34,391 nucleotides of DNA from a virus (lineage: Duplodnaviria > Caudoviricetes), in the IMG/VR virus record IMGVR_UViG_3300026270_000014, positions 1 through 34,391 of that record; one strand, written 5' to 3'. A program made the position numbers and the translations under genes. The notes under the pieces are model-generated. The model worked only from the letters and a program-made list of their open reading frames with translations, had not been told where the DNA came from and searched no databases. Numbering within the stretch: the first letter of the stretch is position 1; the number at the start of each line of letters is the position of its first letter. Shown piece by piece: positions 1 to 12,800 of this stretch.

Positions 1-62
1 TCCTGAACTGTGTATTGGTTTGGCGATGCCGAATTGTTACTTTTGTTTACTGTGTATGCCAT
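1..62 (-). CDS. N-terminus of a virion structural/tail-fibre-like protein (runs off the window edge)
   Basis: ATG at 62-60, 3 nt after the stop of the 242-aa ORF. Reads MAYTVNKSNNSASPNQYTVQ with no stop; MAYTxNK-type starts are common in structural proteins of large T4-like phages. Not in the ORF track. Confidence 0.65.
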   Translation of the reverse strand, partial: MAYTVNKSNNSASPNQYTVQ

Positions 63-65
63 TTA

Positions 66-794
66 TTAGTATCCAGTATTACTTCCTGAAGTTGTTCCGC
101 TTATTGTGTTTGATGTTGATAATGCTGTTGAACTTGTTTCAGTAAATGTTGTTAATGATTGTATTCTTAAAGTGTAATCAATTTGTATTAATCTGTTTAA
201 AGATTTTTGCACAGGGTGAAATACAACGTGTGTTAACAATTTGTTAGTGCCGCCGTTTTCTGTACCTTCCCAACTTTTTAGTCCTAGTTCATCAAATACG
301 TAATCACCATTGAAATTTGTAGTGTTGTCAAAAGCCGCTTGTCCAGTTGGTTCACCGTAATCTAATGTGCAAGTTACAACAATGTCAGTATACTTGTTAC
401 CTGCTGTGTGTCTTACTTCCATTTTGTTTCTTGTTGTGTCTTTGTTTGTAGATGAATTATCATCTATAACTTTGTAATATGTTTGATTATAAAGTGCGGC
501 ATTCGTGCCTGTTGAATTAGGAGTTAGATACGTAATAACTCCTGTTGTGTCTACAGATGTTCCGCCATTACCCAATGCAAGTTCATGTATAAAACCATTG
601 GATTTGTTTGCTAAAGAATTAGCCAATGCCTGAGACATATTTTCATAGTGAATAGCATTCCTTTTATCCACCATTACTTCACCAGTCTCTGGGTCAAAAA
701 TTTTGATATGCCCCGTCATCATAACACCAGTGTTATCTTGGGGTTTTTTATTTTCTTCTTTTTCCACTTCTGTTTGTTTATTATCCTGTGTCAT
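66..794 (-). CDS. Virion structural protein (baseplate/tail-collar-associated, 242 aa)
   Basis: Sits in the late structural operon. Beta-rich, with GNGG and FDELGL...THVVFHPVQKS motifs reminiscent of tail-collar/baseplate proteins. Ser/Thr-rich C-terminal tail; late-promoter-like AATAAATA 6 nt upstream. Confidence 0.65.
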   Translation of the reverse strand: MTQDNKQTEVEKEENKKPQDNTGVMMTGHIKIFDPETGEVMVDKRNAIHYENMSQALANSLANKSNGFIHELALGNGGTSVDTTGVITYLTPNSTGTNAALYNQTYYKVIDDNSSTNKDTTRNKMEVRHTAGNKYTDIVVTCTLDYGEPTGQAAFDNTTNFNGDYVFDELGLKSWEGTENGGTNKLLTHVVFHPVQKSLNRLIQIDYTLRIQSLTTFTETSSTALSTSNTISGTTSGSNTGY

Positions 795-800
795 CTAGTG

Positions 801-808
801 TATTTATT
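801..808 (-). promoter_or_regulatory. Late-promoter-like element AATAAATA
   Basis: One mismatch to the T4 gp55 consensus TATAAATA; 6 nt upstream of the ATG at 794. Confidence 0.55.
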
Positions 809-3800
809 CAGGTGCATTTGTCGGCTCATCCGCTATGAATCTAGCCTGTTGAGTCGTAGAAGCCTGTAATCCTTTACCATTTGCTGGATTACCGTCTTTA
901 CCCGTGTACCAAACCTGTCCTTTCTTATGTAAGATTTTAACCTGTGTGCCAGATGCTGGAGCAGTGCTTAAAGTAACTGCTGTTGTCGATCCGTCCACAG
1001 AATAGTTAATAGTTGATCCATCCTCGCTAGTAAGCAACAATCGTTGGCCACCAATGAATATGTCTAACTCACTAGCAGAGGCTGGGGTTTGTGATAGTGC
1101 AAACGTCTGTGTACTGCCATCACCTGTGAAAGTGTTGGTGTGTACTGTGTCTGCATAAGGTATGGTTTGAGTACCGGACGCATCTACCACTTCAGCGCCT
1201 GATCCATGTGCCTTAATTCCTGTACCAAGTGTACCACGTCTAAGTTGTCCTAAACGATTGTTTGTCTTGGTGAAATATTCAATTCTTTCTTTGTCGATAA
1301 AGATTACACCTGGTGCATTGGCTGTTATGTCAGGTGTGGATAATATGCTTCCATCTTTGACCACTATTGTTTTATCTCCATCAACTATATCTTGTGTTAA
1401 TTCTGTTGTAGCATTTTTGTTAATACGTTTGTAGAAAGTTCTATTCAACATATCTTTGAATATTCTAAATCCTGTGGCTCCTGTTGCCGATTCCATAGCA
1501 AAATACAATACATCTAATCTATCTGAAGCAACTATCGTTATGCCGTACACTGTGATTGTATTGCCACTTAACATGAAATCCTTACCTTGAATTAATTGTT
1601 GTCCATTCAACCATACATAAGTGTATGATGCGTTCAGTGGTTCAAATCTTAATTTAAATATTCCGTTAGTTCTTCCTTCTAAAACTTCTCTTCTATGTTT
1701 CATTCCAAGTGCATTATTGAATGTTGTGATTGAAAGTTTATCACCTGCTGTTAATGAATAAGGTGTTGTAATTCTGCTTGGAATTAAAATTACAGAAGTT
1801 GGATTAGAACCATCTATAAAATATTGATTATCAACTAATGTAGAAATACAAATAACATCTGAGGATGTCGGCACTGATTCCACAGTGAAAGTTATATTTT
1901 GATTTCCTATGTCAACATCATAATCAGCACCATAGAATTGCGGAGTACCGTTTACAAATACTTCAACTTGATTTTGGTTAGTTATAGTTTTTGCCGGATC
2001 CACTGTTGAATCATCATCAAGTCCCGACACAACTCCGTAAGTATATGTGCTTCCATCACCAATGTAATAAGTGTTGTCAGGTCCTCTTAACACCCTACCA
2101 TTACATTCTACAGTTGTCAAACTAGAGAATGGTCCAATCGCCCCTGCAGGATAAGTCAAATCCATTCTTGTTGTAGAACCATCGTAAGTTAATTCTTCAT
2201 TTCTAATACTTGCATAACTTCTTGTGCTAATGGCCGTTCTGGCAAAACCTGCCACTTGTATAAATGCGTTTGCCGCCGGAGCAGTATTGAATGTTACTTG
2301 CAATCTTTTCGCTACACTTTTTGTTGTAAATTGTGTGGTAGGTACACCGTCTACTGTAATGTAGATTTCAGATGCTGTTGAGTCGAGTGAGAAATCATCA
2401 CTAGTAGCAGTGGTGTAAGTGACAGTGCTTCCATCACCTGTGTATTGATCCAACACTCTATAATTTTCTCCACTTATTGCGAATACTTTTATTGTTACAA
2501 CACTTAGATTTGCAGGCGCAGATCCAAAAGTAATTGTTTTATTTTTTACATCTACTGTATAATGTGTTGTAAGTTTTTTCACAACTCCATCACAACTTAC
2601 TGTTACTGAACCTAATGTGCCTGGTGTGTCACCGATAGCAAACCTTACAGTCGATCCATCACCAATGTAATTGTTTTCGCTTATGAATGGTACACCAGAT
2701 TCTGGTGAAGTATAAACTTTGATATCCACTGTGTCAAACATCTGTCCAGGAACTGTTTCTTCAGGTGCGTAACTTGTATCCGGACTAATAAAATCATCAC
2801 CTTCTAATAATATATCACTAGGAGCATGACCTAAAGCACTTGTAAACAAACCTCCCTTGACTATCGAATCTAAAGTTCTATCGTCAGTCGGTGTTAGTAC
2901 ACCGTCTTCATCAAACGGAATAAATTCAACCAATGTACCATCTGCTGGAGCAGAAGTTAATGTGACCGTTTTTGTAGTACCGTCGCCTCTGAAATGGTCA
3001 ACTGTTGTACCTGAAGGATCTAAAACATTAACTTTGGTACGTGTTTGATTAATTTTTGTATACACTTGATAAACTTTTGTACTATCAGGTGCTGTGCTGA
3101 ATGTAAACTGCGTTGTAGAACCATCACCACTGAATGTTACAATGTTTGATGCTCCATAATTGTCCCATGGAAAATCGTACCAACCTGATCTATCCCAACC
3201 TTGATCTTGTGAGAATAATAATCCTGTCACCATTGTTCCACCGTAATCAACACCTGTCATTACTTGTGATAGTTCATTTCCTGGCATACCAGATCCCGGC
3301 GTGTAGAAACCTTTAGTTCTATCTGCCGCAGTTAAACCTACTTCGTCTCCACGCACTTTGTAAACATTTCCAATGTTATCATCAAAATCTTTTGTCGAAG
3401 TAAAGGCACTTGTTGCTTTGTATAACTGATTGTTATGTCTGATTAGATCTCCATATGCAAAATATGTAGATGCTGTCCAATCTTTTACTCGTGAAGTACT
3501 TGATACTCTATCAAATTTAATTGTTGTATCAAAATCCCTTACGAGATCATTGTTAAGATTTGCGTATGCTTTTGCAGTGTTAGATGGAGTATTCCCATTT
3601 TTCAAACCGCCTGTCAAAATAACTGTTGGTGTTGTTGTGTAATTAGAACCTGTGTCAGTTAAAGTAATTTTTGTTACTTTACCTCCTTGAATTATTGCTG
3701 TTGCTTTTGCTGATGTAGTATTTGGAGCAACATACATTTTGAATGTGCCTGACTTATTGCTTTGTGCATGATTAGTAGAACCTGTTGGCATATAGAATGT

Positions 3801-6800
3801 GCCTGATATATCATCAAACGTATGTGTATGTGCAGTTCCACTTCCGCCATTTTGTGAGTCATATATTTTTGCTTGTTGTTCGCTTGTGAACAATGGATAA
3901 TAATATCCAAAACTACCCGATGTAGCACCGCTTGAACTTGTGCCTTGTATTTGGAATGGACCTGTACTGCCCACTGTGCCGCCTAATATTGTTACTTCTG
4001 GAGCAACCTCATATCCCGATCCTGCACTTGTAATTGTAATTGAAGATACATATTTTTTATGATAATCATTCCACATCTGATGAGGATATTCCGTCAACTT
4101 GTCAGTGTCCACATCAACATTTAATGGTCTAATTTTTTTAGTAGTTGTGTCGTAGAATGGCGGATTGTCAAAGTCACTAAACAAACCATCCTGTGTATCA
4201 CTGCCAGAATATGTAAGTTTGTATTCCCTTAATTTTGTATGGAATGGTTTAACTTCTTTGATGTAACTTTCAATCCAAGCATCTGTGCCAGTTTCATAAC
4301 TTTTTCTCTGATCTAATTCTCTGACAGAGTTTTTAACATTTATAAAAGATGTTTTGAATACCCAATCAACATAAGTTTGCTCTGCAAGGACTTTTCTTAA
4401 ACCAGTAAAGAATAAAGTGTTGTATTCACCAGCAAGATCGTTAATAAACAAGTCATCTCTCAATGCTGTCAAAATCATTCTCGTTTCTTTTGCAGGTTCT
4501 TGGTCAAAGAAATTTTCATCAAAAGTATCTTGGCCTGCGAATCCAGTTGCATCCTGTGAATAATCATAAAGTTTTGTTGATAATCTTATTGTACCGTTTT
4601 CAGTTCCGGTGTTTTCCCATCCTGATGTTGTTTTTGTAAACAATTTCCATCCACCCGTGTCAGCACTTGTTACTTTAACATTTTTGCCCGGTACTAAATC
4701 TAAACCATCTAATTCGTATTCGAAGGTAACTTGTTTATCAATTAGTGTTGTTTCACTATACCCTTCTTTGTACCAATCTGTGTAGTTCCAATAATTAGAA
4801 GTGTTATAAGTCTGTAATTTTGTTCTAGACCATATAGATCCGTCCCAAGTGTATATTGCCCAAAAGTTGTTTGATGTTTCATCTGCTTTTACAAGATATT
4901 TTACAGTGCCCGATAGGTCTGCTGTATTGATATATGTAAGTTCAGCATAAGTGTCAACTATTGCGTCCCATTCTAAACTTTGTGCAGTAGGCTCAGGTTC
5001 TTTCGAATCCAGATTGTCTAGGTTTATCTGTCCAACTAATTGACGTTGTTTTAGAACTGTATTTGCATAGTCAATGATTTCTTTTAGTGCACCAAATCGG
5101 TCAATGTACCAACTTTGCCTTGGACGTATGTTGTTTCCATATCTTTGATTCAATGGTAAGTCTAAATCTGGTACCTTGTCACCAGCACTATTTGAACCTA
5201 TCAGTGAATCCCACCAACGTGTTTCGATTTGTGTTCCGGGTCTATAATCTTTATCTCCCTCTCTAGCAAGTTTCCATACTGAGTGTGAATCACCCTCATA
5301 GTCATTTGATCTTATATCAACACTTAGAATTATATCACCATTGACTAAATTTGCCACGTTCCATAAAATAAATTTGTTTCTATTCGTAATTGCGTAATAT
5401 TTTATATCATATCTTTTTGGATCTCGAATTAGATTTGCAATATATGCCACTGTGTTATTTCTTTTGACAACACTGTCCATTGGCATACTTGCTTTGTCTT
5501 TGACCCAGTAGTAATAATAGTCTACAAATGTATCAAGTCTAGAATCATACTGTTGTTTTACTGTGTATTTGTTAATGTCTAACACTGTTCCTGTTATAGT
5601 GCCACCTGGTGTGTTAGATTGTATGTTATATTGTTCTGGAGTTAAAAGAGATTCTGTCCATTCGTAAATGTCTATACTAGACCCAGGAAAAGTTTTACCC
5701 CAATTATTAATCTTGTATTCTTGAGAACCTTGTTCATACCATAACCATTTAACTTTTGATAGATCCCACCACACTTCACCTAAATGTTCTCTGCCCCATG
5801 GCGTTTTAGTATTGGCGTTATCTCCTGTATTGTATACTGCCGGATCCCAATTGGTTTTAATATTGATTTCTCTGTCTGCTATTCCTAGTATTCTTCCTTT
5901 GATAGGATCATACAGGTCATAATGGTCTCTTATTTCTTTTGATCTATTATCGAATTCAAAAACTTGTCCTACTTTTGAAATATCAATTAACGGAGTTTCA
6001 GTAACAATATTCTTCCATGCATACTTGCCATTTTCTTTTAAATCAAAAATAGTTACAGTTCCGTCGTTCACTATTTTCGTACTTCCGTCTGCTCCTACAT
6101 TACCGTCATCTTTGGGTGCTCCAACAAATACTGAATTGTCTATTGCACATACCCCTCTGCCAAAATCATCCATTGCTGAAACGTTATCAGTCATTAGTCT
6201 ATCATCAATAACAAATTTTGTGTTGTACATAGTGGCTGTGTATGCTCCGCCTGATTGTATATTGTTATCAACCACTGATGTATCTTGTAAATCAAATGTT
6301 GTTGCTCCTGCATCAAAATTCATTTCTCGTGGACTTGCAAAACTTTCAGCACCTATAACTAATCTATTTCCTGCAGGATTTATTGCAAGTGTAGTTCCAA
6401 ACTTCATATTAGTTTGTGAGTCTGGTGCATTAACAGTTTGTTGTAATGTGTAAGTGTTTGTGGAACCGTCTGCATTCCATTTGTAATAATAAATTGCTCC
6501 AGCATCTGCTTGGTCTGATTTATCAACACCTGGAGCACCTATTATTAAAGTGTTTCCATCTTTGCTCATTGCAATCGAGTCACCAAATGCAGTGTTAGCC
6601 GTTGAACCATCTGATGTTACACCTGTAAGTGTTTGAGTTAGAGTAAATGTTGTTGCTGAACTTCCGTCTGCTCCAGATCTTACAAATATTTCTACCTTGC
6701 CTGCATTTCCTGGTGCTAATGAACTTACTGCAAGTACATCGCCGTTATCGTTGGCTTGTATTCTGTGTCCAAATCTTTGTCCGCTACCACCTGCTGGTGC

Positions 6801-9800
6801 TTCTAGTGTGTAATCTTTTGTCCATCTGTCATATGTTGAACCGTCTGATCCTACTCCCCAAGTGTACACATAGACCCTACCTTTATCACTGCTGTGTCCT
6901 GGTGCTGATACAAACAAATATTTTTGTGCTGTATCTCTTGTAGAACTTGTGCCAGACTCTGTAATTTTATGTGCCCAACCAAAATTCTGTGAGGCCGCAT
7001 CTACTGGCGGTAAAAGTGTTGACAATGTTCCGTATTTGAATGTGCTTGGGTTCCAAACAAAAGTTTTTATTAAACCAGCATCTGCAAATCTTGTGCTACC
7101 ATCTGATCCTAATGAATTTGTGTACGGTCCACCTGCAACAACAAAGTTTTCATCTGTACTCATCGACAGAGATTCTCCTAATTTTCCTGTGGAATCATTT
7201 CCAGCAGTAGTTGTGATTGTTGACTGCGTTTCAAACACACTGCCTGATGTTGCTTCTCTTCTAAATAAGAAATTAATTTTTCCTTGCCCGTCACCAGGAG
7301 ATGATACAACTACTGTTCTTCCATCATTCCTAGCAACAATTTGTTGTCCAAAGTTTTGTTCCGCTGTTGAACTATCAGGCGATAACTGAACTTTTATATT
7401 GTATGGATCTTGTTTTTGATATACTCTCCATAAACCTGAATGATCAGCATCAGTCCAAATTCTGTCACCAGTATATCCTACCGCAGGTTTTTCATCTTGA
7501 TAATCACTGTATTTTAACAAATCATTTACATTATCTATTGAATTAAATCTTACCGAAATAAATTTATAAACATTTCCAAAAGAATCTGCTGTGGATTCAT
7601 CTGAAACATTTTCTACAAATGGAGTGTTTAAGGCAAAATCTATCACAATCGTTTTGTGATCTACAACAGAAAATACTTCGTATACTCCATTTAAGGACGG
7701 AGTTTTTGCGTTTGTTATTGCAAAATAGTCTGCTAAACTTGTTGTTGTTCCTGCTGATAGGCCATGTGAATCAGTAAATGTAATTTCTAATTGTGTAGCA
7801 TCGTTAATTCTTTGTAAATTTTTAATTTTGTAATCTTGATTCGTAAGTCTATACACGTCCCAATCATTGTTAGATTTGTTTGCTACCCATATCAATTCAT
7901 TTTGCGTAACTTTAGTAACATCTAGTTTCAATAGATCCACTTCATTAAATGCTGTGTGGTGCACGTGTTCAACTTGTGGATATCCCGCAGTTTTGTAAAC
8001 CTGTGCATGGTCTCTTGTGACTCCTTCTTTTGTGTAGTCTAATCTGCTAAAAGTTTTTGATGCATCATAATCTACAGGCTTGTAGAACATATCGCTTTTA
8101 ACTATTGCATCTGATCTAGCATATTCAACTGTTTCATTGGAAGTGTTTAATAATTCAAAACTGTTTGGATTTGCTGTAATCTTATCGTCATCTAAACGTA
8201 TTTGGATATTTTCAATCCTATCAACGTTTCCAAATTGTCCTGTTTTCAACATCCATTCTGGATATAAATCAAGACTAATGTCTTGTTCTTCATATTTGGC
8301 TTTAAGTAATCTATCTATTGCGTTTTTTGTACCTTTTTCTCTGATATATCCTTGATAAAATTTATACTGAGATACATCATTTACAAAAAGATTTTCTAAA
8401 TAATCTCTAGATTGATAACCAATAAGTCTTTGTGCTAACTTCTGCTGAGATTCATCAAAGTTGTTTGTTTCTAAATTATAAAAATCATTAAACTGTGATA
8501 TCTTATAATCAAAGTTTGGTATTAATTGTGCTCTTGGTTTAGCATTTTTCAATATCCAGTTTGCGTTATCAAATTTGTTACCCGATCCATGATTAATTTT
8601 TGCAACGTAAAACTTGCCTTGATATTCTACGCTGTCACCTATCTTGTAATCCGTGTTTGCTGTCCAGTATGTAACGTTTGCCGAATCAAACATAAAACCA
8701 GGAGCATAGTAATCGCCATTCCATCCGCCTGTTTTCCAACCTACAACTTTTAATCTTTGCTGTCTAAAACCTGTAGTAGGTTCATGTATAATATCTGCAA
8801 ACACTGTTTTATTATCAAAAATAATAATGTGTTCTTTTTGAACGGTATTCAATATTATATTGTATAGTCCAGTGTTTTCATCTTTGATTTCAATATCAAA
8901 AGTTTTACCTATTCTTTTTGTTGATACTTGTCTTATTGGAATTTTTCTTCCACCTGCATCTAGTAATGAATAGTCACCTGCTAAATTTCTAAGTTTGCCA
9001 ACAATCGAATTCTCTGTATCTAATTCAAAACCTTGTGCGGCAGGTGAAACTGTAATTGCAGATCCAGGTGCCCATTCTTGCGTAGTCCAAAATAAAAATT
9101 CTTTTACAGCGTTTTGCCAATTTAATGTTTCTTTGATTTCATTTGAGTACTTGTTAAATTTAAATCCTTGCTCTTCTAAATAAGATCCATAACCTAAAAG
9201 AAAGTCTGCAACTTCCTGAATTGTATCGAAAATGTAACCGTAAGGTATTGTTTGAACAGTATCTTTAAAGTCATTGTAAGTTACAACCTCTACAGATCCT
9301 TCTACTTTTAGTTTGTTACCAATTGATGTTTTAACAGGATATTTAAATTTGAAATATGGTTTTACTGTTGAGTAACCTAATACCTTGTATCCACCAAGTA
9401 ATGTCGAACCGTCATGTGAAACATCTGTGTTCTTTTCTATAAGCACACCGGAATACGTAAAAGACTGTACCGGATTAGATGTTCTAAATAATATTTTGTA
9501 GTTTTCATCTGGAATAAATTTAGATCCAGATGTTGATCCAGGTGATACAGAATCTGTCAATACTTTTAAATTATCTTTATCTGTAAAGCCACCTAATTTA
9601 TACGTAAGTTGTGTTGTAATGTTTGACATTTTTTTATAATAAAAAGTGTCTGCATCTAAATTTTTTGAAATTAGATAGTTTACAATAATAGGTTGATAGC
9701 CTGCTGTGAGATATGTTGTTGTTTCTCCAGTTGCATTATCTGTGATTGTCTGCAAATGGTATTTTGCATTCTTAAGGCTTCTTCTAATCTCAGTTTCCGT

Positions 9801-12800
9801 GTCAATTTGGTTACCGGCAATGTTTGTTGACTGTCTAGACGGATCAAACATATTTGAAAAGAATCTTGCAGGTTGCGTTAAAGCCAATGTTTTCATCACA
9901 GTAAATGGATAAGCGGATGATCTTATCCAAGCAGTTTCTTGTGGTGCTTGGTCACCAAATTTCCAACTTGATCTTCTGCCTGGAATATCTAAAACATCTA
10001 TCAATCCGGCGCTGATAGGATCTAATAAATTTCCTGAAGCATCGACTGGCAAATAGTTTTTAATATCTGGCTTGCCATATCTTCCTGTTTTTGTTGCAAT
10101 AGCAGTCCACAATACATCGTTTCCTGATGTGTATGGTGCAGTGCCATAAGTTTTATCCCAATTACTAGGTTTCTCAGAATGACCTAACATCTCCCATGGT
10201 CTGACATGGGGTGCATCTGTGTCATAGAAATATTTGTATATCGCCCTCCAGTACCCCGGTAATTTTTCTTTTTTAATTCTGTCGGTACTGTTTGCATAAT
10301 TGTATGTAAAAGGTGAACCTTCTGAAAACGTGGTGTTGTTAATGTATTGGACATTGTTACGTCCTGCCCATACATGGAAATCTGATGCCATCACATCATT
10401 TATTTCACCAAGTGTAAAATCTGTAGAAGTAAACACACTTGGCATCACATCGGATATGTTGGTCAGTGTGCTATCATATTCAGTTTTAATATTGTTGTAA
10501 ATTCTTCTTTCTAGTTCTATAATTAAATCATCTCTCTCATCACCGTATGCTTTAATAAATGATCCGTCATGCCTTCTAATCATGTTTGTTGTTGTAATGT
10601 ACGTGTCATCTGAAATTATTTCTGGTTTGTATTTCGGATACATACCTAGTTTTGTAGGAGAAGGTGGCAAGTAACTACCTTTTGTATCTGAGTAGTCCTT
10701 AATTACAATTTTATCTCCTTCTGCTAGTGATCTAGTAACTGTTATACTATCATCTACTGTACTGAATGTGTAATCTGTTCCTAATATTAAAAGTTCATCA
10801 TTTAGATAAATGTAAACCGCTCTATTGCTTAATTTTGTAATGTCGAATTGCGAATCAATAGCATAATCAGTTTGAGATGATCCTGCAACAGTATGTGTTC
10901 TTGTTGAAACATTTTCTCCCCAGCCTAACATATCTTCGTAGAAGAATGGAAAAGAACTTGTTCTGCCTTGCGTGATTGCTGTGACAATTTCGTCTACTCT
11001 ATCTCTTGCAACTCCTTCATATGCTGTATCTGTAGCATGAGTTAAAAATGCACTATACCATTTTTCGTATTCTAAATTAGCATAATCTATTGCTGAAACA
11101 AAATTAGATTCTCTATCTACCAAACTAAAAATAGCCGGAATCAATGATCCCTCGTGTTGAAGTATTGTTCCACCTTTTAATTTTGCATCAGGTTTGTCTC
11201 TTAGATTAGATGTGCCAGGTATTTGGCCAGTTACATCTTGATTTTTATCAAAGATATCTTGGACGTGTTTTAATATTTGTCCATATGTAAATGTACCTAA
11301 TGATGCGTTTTCACTGTTTATAGATAAGTTTTCCGGCACTTCATAAATGCCTTTGTCTTTTATTTTTTTTGCAGAACTATATCCAGCAATTCTTATTTGA
11401 TCACCTTCTGTTAATTCTTTATTAAATTTTACATATTTGTTTGTTGTTCCATCTACCAGTGTGTAATCAGTGTTTATTGTTTTTCTGACGCCATTTACTT
11501 TTACTGATACTTCTAAGTCAGTCAATGACGAAGAATCTTTATAAAAATCTATTGCAAATAATTGCGTTTCTGTAGAGTCAACTATGTATGTTCTAATAAC
11601 TCTTTGTTTGCTTTTGCTTGTTCTTTTTACCCAAGGTCCCAGATAGTTTGTTACTTTTGCCAAAGTTGAATAGTGCAAATGTCCTGACGCTAATCTTTTG
11701 GATACCGTGCCTTTTCCTAGTTTGTAAGTGAAAGAATCGGACGTATGATCAGATTTGAAAACTATATTTCCTACATTATTAATTGTTTCATATTTTACTT
11801 TGATTCCAAGCACTGTATCTTCAACAGCAGAATCGCTTGTAGCAAATGAAAATATTTCTGCTCCAGCAAAAGTAGAACTTGGATATTTTATCGGATCATC
11901 TAGATCTACGTGCTGTTCATCATGCAAATTAAACAATGGCTGTTGATTTAATTTTGTTTTTTGTTGTGCATCCGCCCAACGGCTTGTACTATCATCGTAA
12001 TATAAAGTTTTGCCTTGGTGTGCTGTACCAAACTCTATAAAGATAGAATCGTTTGCAGAAGGTGTACCATCTGTTGCTTTGGTAAGCGAAATCACTTGCG
12101 TGGAATCTCCCGCTGTAACAAAAGCCACATCATAAATTGTTCCATTCACTAGTGGATCTGTGTCGTTGGCGAAAATTACTCGCATACCATCCGCAAGTGC
12201 AAGTCCATCAACAATATAACCTGTTTGTTTTACAACCTGTGAAAAAGCGTCTGTTGTAGTTGTGTCATATAAAGTTACAGACTTTTTAGCAACCTTACCG
12301 TGATTGTATAGTTCTAGTCCAGAATCGAATTCAATAATTGGTCTTTTCGCTCTGTCATTTTCATCTAGGACAGGTGTGTACCCACCAACCCTTGCTGTTT
12401 CTTCAATAACAGATTTGTGAAACCATCTATTATATCTCGACCAAGCATTTTGATCACGTGAGTCTCTTTTGATTGTAATGTAATCTTTATCCTTAGGAGT
12501 ATAAAATGATTTCGCATATGGCCTTGTGTCATATCCTACTGTGTCATAAAGTATTGTGGTTTCTTCAGAATATGATGCTGGTGTAATTAAATCATCTACG
12601 TCTGTAAGGGTAATGTTTTCTCCCACACCTTCCACATAGTATTGTTTGTCTTTGTACTCCGGAGCAACTATGTTGTCATCAAATTTTATTTTCATTCCAT
12701 TTGATAAATCTAATGTTCTTAAACTGTAATTTTTTACCCCAACGATATCATCTTGTGGTTTTATTTTCGCAGTAGATGTTACGTCTTTGATTTGTAATAT

